A stretch of 63,142 nt of DNA, filler included, from Sphacelaria rigidula (Eukaryota), in NCBI GenBank assembly GCA_964200075.2. It is 6 parts of 6 records of this genome, joined end to end, with 100 filler letters (N's around TTAATTAATTAA, not from the genome) between each part and the next. Parts side by side here need not be neighbours in the genome. Positions count along the whole stretch, not along the records: positions 31,623 to 42,062 come from CAXNAA020006488.1; positions 42,163 to 52,602 come from CAXNAA020006489.1; 4 more parts are not named here. One strand, given 5' to 3'. Made by a program: the position numbers and the translations under genes. The notes beneath the pieces are model-generated. The model did no database searches and had not been told where the DNA came from. It worked only from the letters and a program-made list of their open reading frames with translations. The stretch's first letter is position 1. The number at the start of each line of letters is the position of its first letter. Below are positions 39,601 through 51,232 of the stretch, in pieces.

Positions 39601-40960
39601 TGGTGACACGAACCAGAATTCAAATCGCCCGTTGGTTGTTAGGCTGAGCTAGAGTTGATTTTACAAAGGAGGGGCACCGCACGAGCAGCTAACGGTACAA
39701 GGTTGACATGAAATGCCGTGCAGATGATGGGGACACGGGAGATGCGGCGTTGCTGCAGGATACGTTGGGGCGAGAGTATTCGTTTGTCCCCTTCTAGCTT
39801 GTTGCCTGTGACACGATATGTTGCGTTAGCGTTGTGATGAATCATTATATTGAGGTGCGTGGGAATCACCTTGCGTTGGCTGCTGTTGTGTCTCACAGGA
39901 TTGTTCGCCGCGCTTTTGCTAAGATTTGACGCGGAAAGGGCTAATGCCGACCCGGCCAAGGCGGAATATGGGAAATTCAGCAAGGTTTGTCACTTTTTTT
40001 CGGCGTTTTTTTGTGTTGTTTTTTTGTTGATTTTTGTCGGAGGCAGTGACTCTTACCTACTACTCCTAGCGAACACTTCAGTTCATCACCTCTGTGCGGG
40101 CAAACGCTCTCCGTCGACCCTTTCGACGTGTTTGATAATTCGTTCCAGCACAATCGATCAAGCCCGAGTTGAAAGCAGATGGATTTGTTCCACCATCGTT
40201 GGTCTCCGAATGCAGTGCACCACGTCTGTATTTTTCCACCGGTGAAGCTTTGCAAATGCAGGTGTTTCATTGCTTGAGCCAAAGTTTCTGTCAACACCGT
40301 CTCCCGTAGCACGCTGAAACCTCAGAAAAAAACGAGAGATTCCCCATCTCGTGGCCTCTCCTTTTGGCGCGCGCTCACGTTGCTGCATGATCCAGTGGAT
40401 ACAGGTGTTTTTATACCAAAACCTCATCAGATACAAGAGCAGATTGCGTTGGTACGATGAGATGAACCATCCGGTGGCGAGCTTAGCTGGCGGGTTCTGA
40501 CAGCACGAGTACTGTGCAAAAATTCAACCAGGCAAATTCCCCCCGCCTTGGCCCGGCGAGAACCTGTCGTGCTCCATATTACTAGGGATGCGAGGTCAAC
40601 GGCCTCATGACTATGTCATGCAGGATTATACCCTTCTCCCCCCGTCCTGTCAGCCCCTCGGCTGCGCATTTTTTTAGTCGTTGCAACTCAAGTGTTCGAA
40701 CACGTGCCCACCCGCCCGCCCTACTCTCTGTTGTGTGATGCCACGAACTCCCCCATCTATCGCTCACTTTCGTGTCCGAAACGCTGCGACGATGTCGTGC
40801 TCGTTTCAGCCATACTTCCATGCTTGCCTTGTGGCGTACATGATCGGCCTGGGCGCGACGGTCGCCGTCATGTTCTACTTCAAGGCGGCGCAACCCGCTC
40901 TATTTTACCTCGTTCCTGCTTGCCTGATAGCGGCTGTGGGGACTGCCCTCTGGCGGAAAG
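32732..40960 (+). CDS. SPP: Signal peptide peptidase (presenilin-type aspartic intramembrane protease, family A22B; HM13/SPP-like), partial, 6 exons
   Basis: AG/GT-bounded, phase-consistent exons: 32732-32845 (FVDEAIVNMLLATYFAFIG..), 36673-36846 (..HWALNNIFGITFC), 37795-37883 (..LLVGLFIYDITWVYG, catalytic YD), 38447-38589 (..PIKILF..LGLGDIVVPG, catalytic GLGD), 39899-39984 (LFAALLLRFD..) and 40810-40960 (PYF..QPALFYLVP). Total 757 nt. First and last exons were not found on this scaffold. Confidence 0.95.
32912..33341. mobile_element. Intronic foldback MITE (~100-bp TIRs)
   Basis: ACAAATCTGA..TCTACAGGCGATTT..GGACCCCAGTCCG is inverted at ~33230-33341. Confidence 0.7.
33565..34005 (+). mobile_element. 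CACTTTCTACGATAG-TIR MITE (intronic; spans a 10-N gap)
   Basis: Termini and body (AAAAGTGCCTGGTTTGGGG..GAGCAGCTGGGAATTCCCA) match 60738-61257 and the reverse fragment at 31623-31735. Confidence 0.65.
35875..36131 (+). mobile_element. Second tRNA-derived SINE family (intronic)
   Basis: A box TGGCTCAGCTGG (35889-35900), B-box-like GGTTCAAATCT (35933-35943), no complete cloverleaf, and an A-rich tail AAAAACAAACAAAATAGAAAAAA. Confidence 0.6.
38176..38363. other. ~190-nt near-perfect palindrome in an SPP intron (MITE or long hairpin RNA)
   Basis: TTCACACCTTGAACAA...TATAGGCCTATTGC / GCAATAGGCCTATA...TTGTTCAAGGTGTGAA, with AAGG on both flanks. Confidence 0.8.
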
Positions 40961-41249
40961 GTATGTGTGTGTCGTGTGACCATTCTTGTGTACACGTTGG
41001 TATCTTGTTGTGTCTCAAGCTCGGGCCGCGTTTAACGACTCGATCGTGGAGCACTCCTTATTTGATATCCCTACTGACTTATGATTTGATCCTTGACAGT
41101 TTTTATCACCAGCTTTCCCGGACAACTTTGGCCAATCCCCGAACACACATGAATGATTTTCCCGAAGGTTTTGAAGGCGATTTCCCTTTCCCCCCCCATA
41201 TACTAATCTTGGAATATGCGTAGTCGTAGCTGCCCACCAGTGCATAGTA

Positions 41250-41459
41250 GAGGTATCTCAAACTCGGCTCCCGGTATTCTGGTTTATTCGCTGGCTCTGA
41301 GTTGTGCAATATTTTTTTTCAGTGAAAGTGATCGCGATTCACAGGAGGACCTGACCTGGTTGTCAAAGGGTCTCATCATCTGATGAATCGGCATCACTAT
41401 CATTCGAAAAAATAGAACGAAACAAACCAGGATACCAGGAGCCGAGTTTGAGATACCTC
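41250..41459. mobile_element. MITE, 210 bp
   Basis: TIR GAGGTATCTCAAACTCGGCTCC / GGAGCCGAGTTTGAGATACCTC, with TAGTA on both flanks. Confidence 0.8.
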
Positions 41460-41549
41460 TAGTAACACTGCATCACTTTGTGCATCTGCCAGTGTCGTAC
41501 CTCTCTATGACTGTTGCTCGTGCAGCATGTAAAGATTCGCAAATTGTTC

Positions 41550-41858
41550 GGGATGAAAAATTATGTGCGCGACGAGTAAAATCTAGATACTGGCATATTC
41601 TTCCAGCTTTTTTCTTGAATTTTTTTTACTAGTCCCTCAAAAATAGCCGCGAACAAACTGCATGGCATTTCAGCATCCTTCGAGGTTCGCTCAACGTAAG
41701 AAACCGCGGGGATGAAGAATTATGTGCACGACGAGTAAAATCTAGATACTGGCATATTCTTCCAGCTTTTTTTTGTGATTGTTTTACTAGTCCCTCAAAA
41801 ATAGCCGCGAACAAACTGCATGACATTTCAGCATCCTTCGAGGTTTGCTCAACGTAAA
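41550..41858. repeat. Tandem duplication, 2 x ~159 bp
   Basis: GGGATGAA.AATTATGTGC.CGACGAGTAAAATCTAG... starts at 41550 and again at 41709. Confidence 0.9.
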
Positions 41859-41959
41859 GATCCGTGTTGTTGCGGCAAACAAATATGTCATGAGGCACTG
41901 CCAGTTTGTTTCACGGCGCCTGTACAGTAACAACATATAACCCTCCCCCTCCCCCCCCG

Positions 41960-42062
41960 CGCGTCTCAGTAAGTGGCAATACCAGAGAATAAAACGACTC
42001 ATTGTAGGCTGTCATCCAAATGAGTCGTTTTATTCTCTGGTATTGCCACTTACTGAGACGCG
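41960..42062. repeat. Perfect 44-bp inverted repeat at the scaffold end
   Basis: 41960-42003 is the exact reverse complement of 42019-42062, with a 15-nt loop. Confidence 0.9.
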
Positions 42063-42162
42063 NNNNNNNNNNNNNNNNNNNNNNNNNNNNNNNNNNNNNN
42101 NNNNNNTTAATTAATTAANNNNNNNNNNNNNNNNNNNNNNNNNNNNNNNNNNNNNNNNNNNN
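42063..42162. other. Artificial scaffold spacer
   Basis: 100-nt N/TTAATTAATTAA spacer. Confidence 0.98.
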
Positions 42163-42492
42163 GTTGATAGACAAAACTACCTCTGTGGCAAAGCAATCGA
42201 GGGCAGATGTCATAAAGTGGCGCAATGTGAACTGTACAAGGAGGAGAAGCACGTGCTAGACGGGGGAATGCGGGACGTGAACGAAGGAGGCATGAAATCG
42301 TCTCATGTATTAGCCACGTAAAAGGTTTTTGCGCAGAGTATGGGAGAAACGTAATGAGCTATGGAAGAAGCGTAATGCGCGCCGGAATGGTAAAGGTGTC
42401 TCTATTACGAGTAGGAGCGGTGCTCCGTCTCGGAAGGGATGCGTGGTCAATGGTCAAACGACTAAAGCAAGCAACAAGTGAGTACGCCTCCC
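42163..42492 (+). mobile_element. LINE 3'-end remnant (same family as 51315-52275)
   Basis: Matches the ..AECEVYEEERDVLEG.VRDVNEGGMK.. region and the 3' end GCGTGGTCAATGG.CAAACGACTAA. Confidence 0.75.
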
Positions 42493-43869
42493 TTCAGATT
42501 CGATTGCACTTGTTTTCCCGAAGGATCTCCTTGCTGGCGATCAGACTGGATGCGTTGGTCAGGGTCTACAGAGCACGATCATTCGCCACTGCGTCCAGTT
42601 CGAGGTCTGTCGGATGACGTAGGCGTGTCCCCCCCTGCGGGCAGCACTTCGCCTACCCTCGTTCCTTCGCTAACTGTGCGGAATGATCTCACCCCTGTTA
42701 CGGAACCTCGATCGGTGCTGTTCGGGCGGTCTCGGGTCTACCACATGGGGAGCTACATGACACTACTCGACAAAAAAGGTGGCGTTGATTTGCTACGAAT
42801 GGAGTACAGCACTCTCAAACAAGGGGGTATTCGTGGCTCACCGTTGATGGTGACCAAAACCTGCTTCGGGTCCGTGGAGAACAGCCCGGTGTCCAGAGCC
42901 CAGCAGGACGCCTACCAGCTCCCGTTTCTCCGATTCACCCACCTGTTAACCGTACGCTACAACCTTCATGATATGTGGTTACACCATCTTCTCAGATATC
43001 TAGCAAACCGCCATTGACTACGATTGGTGGAAACCTGTCGATGCCCGATCTCAACCGTTATCCCGAGCTGGTTTTTGTTGCGCCTAGTGGTCGTCTCTGG
43101 AGTTTGCCACCGCAGGCTCCTCAAGACAAATGTACCTGGGGTATACTTTCGTGCGTCAGGCAATGGCTCTAGCAACATATTTACCGAAAAAAACACCATG
43201 GATGGGCGGGGCTGTACGCCTGCAACATGAAAGTAGCGGAAACAAATGGCGAAGACGGCTGTAGAGTAAAAGTGCCACGGGGAGAAAAACGGCAGACAGG
43301 GGGGCAAAAGGGAAAACAATTAAACGAGAAAATGACGCATACAGTGCACCGTGGGCTACAACTGCTGAAGGAAGGGGATCACCGGTACAAAACAGTTAGT
43401 AGCGAAAGAGAAACAATTCAGCAGCATGAAAAATACCAGCGGTAGAGGAAATAAACATGGTATGATGCAATACCAACGACCATGATATGACTCGCGGCAT
43501 TGCGCAGGCACGTTCGGGGCGGCAGGAGCGGGCAAAATCGAACAGCAAAAGCGGCAGGGGCAGACGGGGGGGTGTCGCATTAGTGCGTGCTCTGCCGATG
43601 TTCGTATGCAATCCCAAAACCTCAAAAATAAATAAGGACGTAAAAAAGTGGATAAAAACAGAGAATAGAATGGAATATAATAAAATAGAATGCAACCAAA
43701 ATATGGATCACTGGGAAGGAAAAAGTCAAACGCAACGCTACAGTAGATAAAGGGTCGGCAAAACAATATGATCAAAGCGTAAGCCCTGCACGTCATATGT
43801 TATACAATCGATGTGTCTACTGCTGCCGAGCAACGGCACTGGTTGCCCCAAGTTTCCCGGCGTGAAGAA

Positions 43870-43968
43870 CCCCATGTAGTGACGGTCCTCTGAAGTGTAG
43901 TGATGGTCCAATGAAGTGTTGTGACGGTCCCATGAAGTGTTGGGACGGCCCCATGTAGTGCAGTGACG
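43870..43968. repeat. 21-bp degenerate minisatellite
   Basis: About 4-5 units of CCCATGAAGTGTTGTGACGGT. Confidence 0.75.
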
Positions 43969-44733
43969 ATATAATGTGTCAAGATGCAGGCCGATGAGAA
44001 GATCCTCATGTATTGGCGACACAATGACAATGCAGTGGCGACATGCCGTGGCGTGGAGCGGAAGCAAATCCATACGACTTGACCCGCGCAATGACTTTTC
44101 ACAATGCCGCACATCAATCAACCATACTATCATAGGGGTCATTTGTCATTTGCCGGGCGTTGAACATGTTTCGCCTCCCAGATGACTCCAGCATCGATGC
44201 CTCGTATGTTGGTTCAAACTCCATTTGGACTCACACCGAATGGTCCGAACAACTGCTCGAGTAGTCCTCTTTGGTACAAAGTTGCACAGTATAGACACGC
44301 TGCTACAGCATAGAGTACAGTGCAAACACCATGCGATCACGTACCTGGCTAGCATGGTAGGTACCGCTGCACCAGATCTAATGAGGGCTGTTTTCTGTCA
44401 CAGTATACACCTCAATGATGAACGTGGGTTACCGTCTCCAAATCCCTCCAGGTGCACAGCACCAACAACCGCCGCCCATGTGTACTTTGCGCCCGCATGT
44501 TCGCCGATTTCCGTCTCGCGACACTTCAATCTTTAATAGTGGATCAACAGTTCTCACCTCCTGCCTAAGAAGCACAACGTACACAGCGTGCCCGCTGTGA
44601 CTACGGGACACATTGATCGAACGTGCGGTACTGTAAGATCCCGCCCGGGAATTTTGAATTTTAAATATTTAGAAAAAAAGACAGTGCTCGTACACGGAAG
44701 CAGGCGCATCGTGAAATGAATCACAGGACGTAC

Positions 44734-44850
44734 CTGTACTGCCGTGTTGGCATGGAGGGTAGCAATCATACGCTGCAGCCAGGTGTCCCAGCTCCGTTCT
44801 ACCCAGCTGATGATCGCTTCGAGTAACCCTGGAGTGAAAGATTCTGGCAC
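44734..44850 (-). CDS. Possible internal exon (39 codons)
   Basis: tgtttag|GTG acceptor and CAG|gtacgt donor; reads VPESFTPGLLEAIISWVERSWDTWLQRMIATLHANTAVQ. Other donor-like sites lie nearby at ~44557 and ~44344. Confidence 0.35.
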
Positions 44851-46006
44851 CTAAACACGTGATCGTTGCTCAGATGACCCCACGTTAAAGAGAAAGCACG
44901 ATTGATGCACTACACCGTAGGCAGACACAACGCGAAACAGTGCAGCTCTACAGCGATGCGGCTATGCAGTGCTGCTTATCTTCTCGGTTGGTCACCATGT
45001 CGTGGTCTGATCACGAGGTGATACTGACGTCACTCTCAAAGAACACGCGCGGCAAGGGGTGACACGACGTCAGCGGCTGGCCACATTGAACAATCGCAGT
45101 CGAGAGGAATGACCCTTGAGCTCGTGAGTGACAGACCATCGAGTCCAATAAGCACTGCATCGCAAGGCCAAGCAGGGACTCACTTTCACGTGCAGAAGAG
45201 GTGCTCTTGACTTGCTTGCAAGCGAGATGTCTCCAAGTGGTGGCTGATAGCTCTGTTATTAATCAGTCTTAGCTAGGTAGCTAAACGAGTGACCCGCGTG
45301 GGGTGATACTGCATAACCAGACTAGAATATAACCTGACTACGGTACGGCTGGAATACGACCTATCGCCCATATCCCGCACATCGAGAACGCCTTCTACAT
45401 AAGCGACTGATATCCGCCGTCACATATGTGTTATCCAGATGGACTACCCGCATCACGGTCGAAGGTTTCACTTCTGACTCAAATCTTCCCTTCGTCTGAT
45501 ATTCGAAATAATGCTAACGACCATCGTACTGCTGCACCAGTACTTGGAACCACCATGCCGTTTGTGTGTACAACCATTAGATAATATAGAGGTCAACGAC
45601 GGCTTGAAAAATAGTCGTAACCAATGAAAGTGCAATCTGTGGGGTCCGGAGCGTAAAGCCTTCTTGTAAAAATGAAAAAACTGAGGAGGGTGAGCATTCG
45701 ATTATTGAGAACGGGACCCGACCAGCAGGGTACCCTCTTGTTTTACATTATAATCGGAACAACTTCGTGATGACATACCGGCTTCGCGATCTCAACTATT
45801 CGGTGGCCGTTAATAAATCATGACTGATTTGTCCAAATAATCTGTATCCCAACCATCTTGACCATGTCAAAATCTCTGATTCGAACTGGAGCACATCGAA
45901 TATTCCGAATCAGATTCCATAAGCCTTCCGTCTACCATTGCGAACACAGGCCGGGACGTCACTTTCGATTGTCAACGACGCAGCTGATCGACGGAGGCTA
46001 GTTGAC

Positions 46007-46481
46007 CATCGTTGGGCTACGTTTCAGAATGGCTGACACATTCTTAAAAGTATCGCTACCCCTCACACTTACCCCCACCCAACGCATGCCGAGAACCCTC
46101 GGGCAAGGGTGGAACATACATATATTCCGCAAAGTGCGGCCTTGGTAGACCCGAAATCGGCGCCTGTGACGCCGTTTTGAACAAAAAACGTGTTGTCTAC
46201 TCACGCCAGGAGCACACCGGACTGTCAGCCCCACAAAAATTCCGATTCTCGTGGTTCACAGTCAAATCGAGAAATATCAACTGTTCTAAATCGAACTCCG
46301 GAGCCGGTAAACTGCACTGCACTGTTGCACTTTACGGAGGGAATCTATGTTCCGGGCTTGCCCAAGGGTTCTCGGTATGCATTGGGTCAAGGTTGGCGTT
46401 GGGGTTGAGGTTGGGGTTAGGGTCGGGGGTAGCGATATACTTGTTGTGTCGACCATTCTAAACCTTAGCCTGACGACGATG
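46007..46481. mobile_element. Foldback MITE with ~130-bp TIRs carrying telomere-like units
   Basis: CATCGTTGGGCTA..GTATCGCTACCCC..CCGAGAACCCTCGGGCAAG is inverted at the right end, which contains GGGTTGAGGTTGGGGTTAGGG. Confidence 0.7.
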
Positions 46482-48343
46482 AACCCTTCGACCGCGATGC
46501 AGGTAGTCCATCTCGATGACACATACTCCTTTCAAGTGAATATTGATGCCGATTCAGCGGGTGTCCTACTGTTTTCGCGGTCAAAGGGAGGGGAGCTACA
46601 TATATGTTCATAAATAACGGTTGATGGGGAACATCATGGAATGTTACAAACTAACACCAGCACTAGCTCCAACACCGACCCCGATCCAAGGCGCACGAGA
46701 CCCTCGGGCGAAGAGGATGCAAGATTCCCCTAGGCCAAGTGTGCGTTGGCAGACTTCAAATCGTCGCCTAAAACGTCGATTTCGACAAAAACACGTTCTG
46801 GGCGAGCTGGCTCCACTGATCACCTGCCGCAGACCATGTATTTTTCAGAACTTTATCGAGTCTGAAACCTTGTAGTCATCCCTGTCAACCATTGTGTACG
46901 AAGACTTCTTTGCTTCTTCTGCTCTTCATTACAGTATCCACTCTGATGCTCGTGTGTAGTAAGTGTCTCGTCCAGGAGGCTCAACCAGACCTAACAGTCC
47001 TTGTCGCCGAAGCCAGTCTACCTACCGGCACACGCTTCTTTATATCAAGGGTGTGCGTGCCAGCTTTCGACAGCGGCGCCAACTGCTTCCGCGCACACAC
47101 TGTATTTATTCCAACATGCCCGCACTCCGGGTGTAGACACATTACACTGCTTGTAGGCCAGGATATACCCGCACTCAGGGTGTTGACATATTGTACTGAT
47201 GCATCAGAACAGGGGTGGGTGTGCCTGATGAGCACCGTGTTGACCCAACTCTACCTCCATACCACATCTTTGGCCGAGGGTAGCAGTGAGAAGGAATCAC
47301 TCCTTGAAGGTGATTCCGGCCCTACACCCGCCGAAAATATCCTCCCCACGCCGTACCGACAAGACCGGTCATGGCCTTCGTTGGAGGACGGGGAATGGAG
47401 CAACAAATATTATTTTTACTCAAACTTTGAGTATGTCTGCTCCAAGGGTCAAATAGCCTCTTGTTTTACTACAACCCCAAGTGTTGTGGAACAAATCGCA
47501 AGGCCCCCGTTAGCGCGGTTCGGATGAACTTTCTCGCTCTCATTTGGATCTTCAACTCGCAATTTTACGAAAACATTGTTATGTCAGTATTGCCAAGCAA
47601 TTGGAAGCCTCGTGCTACCTACAGGGGGATGTACCTTTTAGCTGCGCACCCTTGCCGCTAGGTACAAGTATCCGATCCTATATATCGGGAGGGAAACAAT
47701 GGTGGCATGAGCACCGCATTGGCTGTTCCTATCCTATCCTACTCTTCACCTATCCCGTCCCTCGGGATGAGTTCGTGTTCTCGAGGGACTAATCCATTTT
47801 TCCCTTGGTGCATGCACGACATTTCGGTACCGCCGATGAGATCAGCACCCCCGCATCTTGTCGACTGTTGTCAAATATTCTCGGATACTCATGCCCTCAC
47901 GCTTTCAAGGAGATAATCTAGATACATATGAGAAAACAAACTCATCGGGATCCCAAGCCAAAACCCTTCGCCCTAATCAATTATGCATGAACCAGTTGCA
48001 TCACTATGACGCGGTGGTATGACATATGGCTACCAATTCATCTTTCTGCGCGGTGACCTGCCAAAACTAGTGACATAACCATGGAACGATACAGCTAGCA
48101 AATTCACCATGCTTCGGAAATCATTGCTGAAGACGATCCGCCACCACACAAACATCCAAAAGCATGGCTCGGTGGCCTCCGCGCCCCCAGCAACCGACCA
48201 AACACAGCTGACCTCTTTGACCTCAAGACGAAGAAACTGATATACATTGCGGAGATCAAAACAAAATGATGACCTGCGCACCATGGAAACGGTGAAACAA
48301 TGCTTCGTCCAACATCAGCGGGGGAATGGCGTGCACGGGTCCT

Positions 48344-49753
48344 TTATTCGGTCCACCTCTTTCGCAGGCGGGATGAGACCGCGGACACATGACGAGACGG
48401 GGAGGACATGTTCAGTTCTAACTTCACGTCGGTTCCGTCGTCTTCAGATATTACATTATCCCTGGCTGCCACGTGGAGTAACGGCAGCACCTGGGCCGTC
48501 CGGCGAATCCGCTTCGTGTTCCTTCCATTTGTGATGCTAGTAGTACAACTTCGGCTTCCGAGAGTCCTGCTGGAGCCGCTAAGGCCCATGCTGTCGTAAC
48601 TGCTGGGTCCCGCAGCAACTCGTATGCTTCTATGTATCCACTCGAAACTTCGCGCAGGCGCAACAGCGTCCTCCATTTTGATTTTCTTGCGCATCTCCGC
48701 CCCTCCTATAGTAGCCCTATCTGCTGCCGCCGCGCTGGGGGGCTGTCTCGGAGGGGCAGGCGACGTGGTCGTGAAATGGGCACCACGTCGCCTATCGCGG
48801 ATGACACGCGGGTTGCAACGAAAATCACTGGTACGACCATCATCGTTCATGTTGGGACCGGCATTCGGTGAATGGTCGGATTGTTCACATCCATCACCCA
48901 TACCGACGCCAGTTTCTATCGTGATGAAGTCATCACTCGCTGGGCACTTTTTTCGGATATGTGTCATGGGATCAGATCGTATGATCAAGTCATGCGCACC
49001 ACCACGGTAGGTGTTCCCGTGCTCCTGAACGAGGGTAGAATGATGCTGCGAGGCGCAGTTATCGCCGTCAACGATTACCATCCCTGCGCGGGCATGTGCG
49101 GCACAGAATACCGCCTTCTTGCTGCCGGCTGAACCGAACGATGGGTATGTGGAGCAACCCTCCTTGGCGCACCGCTTGCTGTTCACATTGACCATGCCCG
49201 CTCGGGCGTGTGTGGCGCAGAACTCTGCCTTTTTGCTGCCGGCTGAACCGAAAGACGGCCATGTGGAGCAGCCCTCCTTGCCGCGCCGCCTTTTGTTCAC
49301 ATTGACCATGCCCGTTCGGGCGTGAGTCGCGCAGAACTCTTTCTCCCTGCTACCGGCTGCACCGAACGATGATCGTGTGGAGCAGCCCTCCTTGCCGCAC
49401 CGCTTGCTGTTCACATTGACCATGCCCGCTCGGGCGTGAGTCGCGCAGAACTCTGCCTTCCTGCTACCGGCTGCACCGAACGATGGTAGTGTGGAGCAGG
49501 CCTCCTTGCCGCACCGCTTGCTGTTCACATTGATCATGCCCGCTTGGGCGTGTGTGGCGCAGAACTCCGCCTTCCTGCTACCGGCTGCACCGAGCGATGG
49601 TTGTGTGGAGCAGCCCTCCTTGCCGCACCGCTTGCTGTTCACATTGATCATGCCCGCTCGGGCGTGTGTCGCGCAGAACTCTGTCTACCCGCCACCCGCT
49701 GTGCCTGATGATGATATCGTGGTGCAACTCGTGTGGATGCACGTTTCAGGCAT
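48344..49753 (-). CDS. EsV-1-7 cysteine-rich repeat protein, intronless; nonsense codon in repeat 1 (pseudogene or N-truncated 435-aa product from 49651)
   Basis: 114-bp/38-aa tandem units C-x4-C-..PSFG..GSRKAEFC..HA.AGM(I/V)NV, characteristic of the EsV-1-7 motif. The frame extends upstream to ATG 49753 (MPETCIHTSCTTISSSGTAGGG*TEFCATH) with TAG at 49685-49687. Low-complexity C-terminus. Confidence 0.88.
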
Positions 49754-49976
49754 CCACTTCACAACCGCACTAGAGAGAGGACAAGGCCGCGGTAATCCCC
49801 GCTGCTGCTGCTGCTGCTACGATTCGCACTGTCACAGACTCGTTTACCAGACCCGCTGACCAGCTCAGGAGCACCCTGCACCAGTCAATCAGCAAGGATA
49901 ATTGTAAGCCGTGCTCATGTGAAAGATGAGTGACCTGTCATCATAGTATCTCGGTCGCATATTGGCATGTAGGCTA

Positions 49977-51232
49977 CGAGCTGGCCCAGCCGATAAGCGA
50001 TTCTGTAGTTTGCAGGCCCATTACACAGTCAATATTTGGAAATGGACCCTGAAATTTGGTATGGAAAATGAATAGGGCACAAAACAAAAACTTACCAGTG
50101 CACACAAGGTTTTTCATTCATTTTCCATGAGTTGGCGGCATTTTACCGGTAGCTGATAAATGGTCATTGCCCTTAACTCATGAAAAAAAAAACTTGTGTG
50201 CACTCGTGATTGTTCCTATTATGCCCTATTCATTGTCCATACCAAATTTTAGGGTCTAACTATAAGTATTGGCCGTATAATAGGCCATTTGGTGACGGGG
50301 TCAGAAGAAATTCGGGACAGTATTTTGCAGGCCACACCACGGTCCACGTTTGGTGTTTGTGTATTGAAACCTTTGTGTGGGCCGTGGCTAGGGCATAATT
50401 GACGAAACGAAGGGGGTCAGGTTGATTTCTTCTGATTTGTTCACTGGTCTAGGGCATTTTGGTATGAAAACTGCCGTTATTTCAAGAGTGAGAGCGCCCG
50501 AAGCTCTCCTCCCCCCAAAACAAAACTGAGGGCCCATTTCTTTTGATATATTCAGCATACCTCTGTGGTTCGTTATCCTGAGTTTCAGATTACAATTTCC
50601 AACATTGAGCTAAAAAATTGAGATGAGGCCCACAAGCAGTGTTCAGCTCTTCTAAAAAGTGCTCCAAGAACCCGAGAAATCGAAAAAATCGAAAAAATCG
50701 AAAGATGCGAAAAAATCGAAAAAAGCGAAAAAAGCGAAAAAAAACTGTTTTTATTAGCGCTACTATGCACTAGCAGTTCTACATACGAAATTTTAAAGCA
50801 TAACTCTCAAAACTTGAGACGCGATATCCAGATTTAGCTAATCTAGCGCACCTGCTCGTAATATACTGATTTCATTATGGAAAATTAAGTGCGTCATACC
50901 TTGAGATAGATTGCGAATTAGGTGAAGGTGAGGGTATATATCGTCTCCCCGTGCCCCAGGGAATGTCCACATCGAAATTCGTCGTTATCTGCTGAATGCA
51001 TCGATCGGGGGTTTCATAGAGATCTTAGAATGGACTCTATCTGCCTTAGGTACAGGAATTACTTGACATGGGGTCCAATCAACGAGAAGATATGGACACA
51101 AAAGTTTGAGCAGATGGGCACCTTCCCCTTGGTTAGAAGATACATACAATATACGGATCATGGTCCAACTCGTCCGTGTCGACGAGATATTGTTTTGAGA
51201 GCTTAAATCCGTGTCTAGGCTGGCCCAGCTCG
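49977..51232 (+). mobile_element. Tc1/mariner-like non-autonomous element, same family as 28174-29337
   Basis: TA-CGAGCTGG..CAGCC and GGCTGGCCCAGCTCG-TA termini; internal (GAAAAAATC)n expansion at ~50682-50743. Confidence 0.85.

Noticed and set aside
44340..44850. Kinesin-like SRSH..HAVYVVLLRQE motif
   Set aside because: Exon phases do not join and no DLAGSE or P-loop motif was found; likely coincidental.
46892..47527. 211-aa ORF and duplicated C.HPECG motif on the minus strand
   Set aside because: No coherent domain; the motifs are in different frames with stops.
48344..49753. Endogenous phaeovirus insertion
   Set aside because: Only the EsV-1-7 gene is present. No other viral genes are on the scaffold, and the family is common in host genomes.
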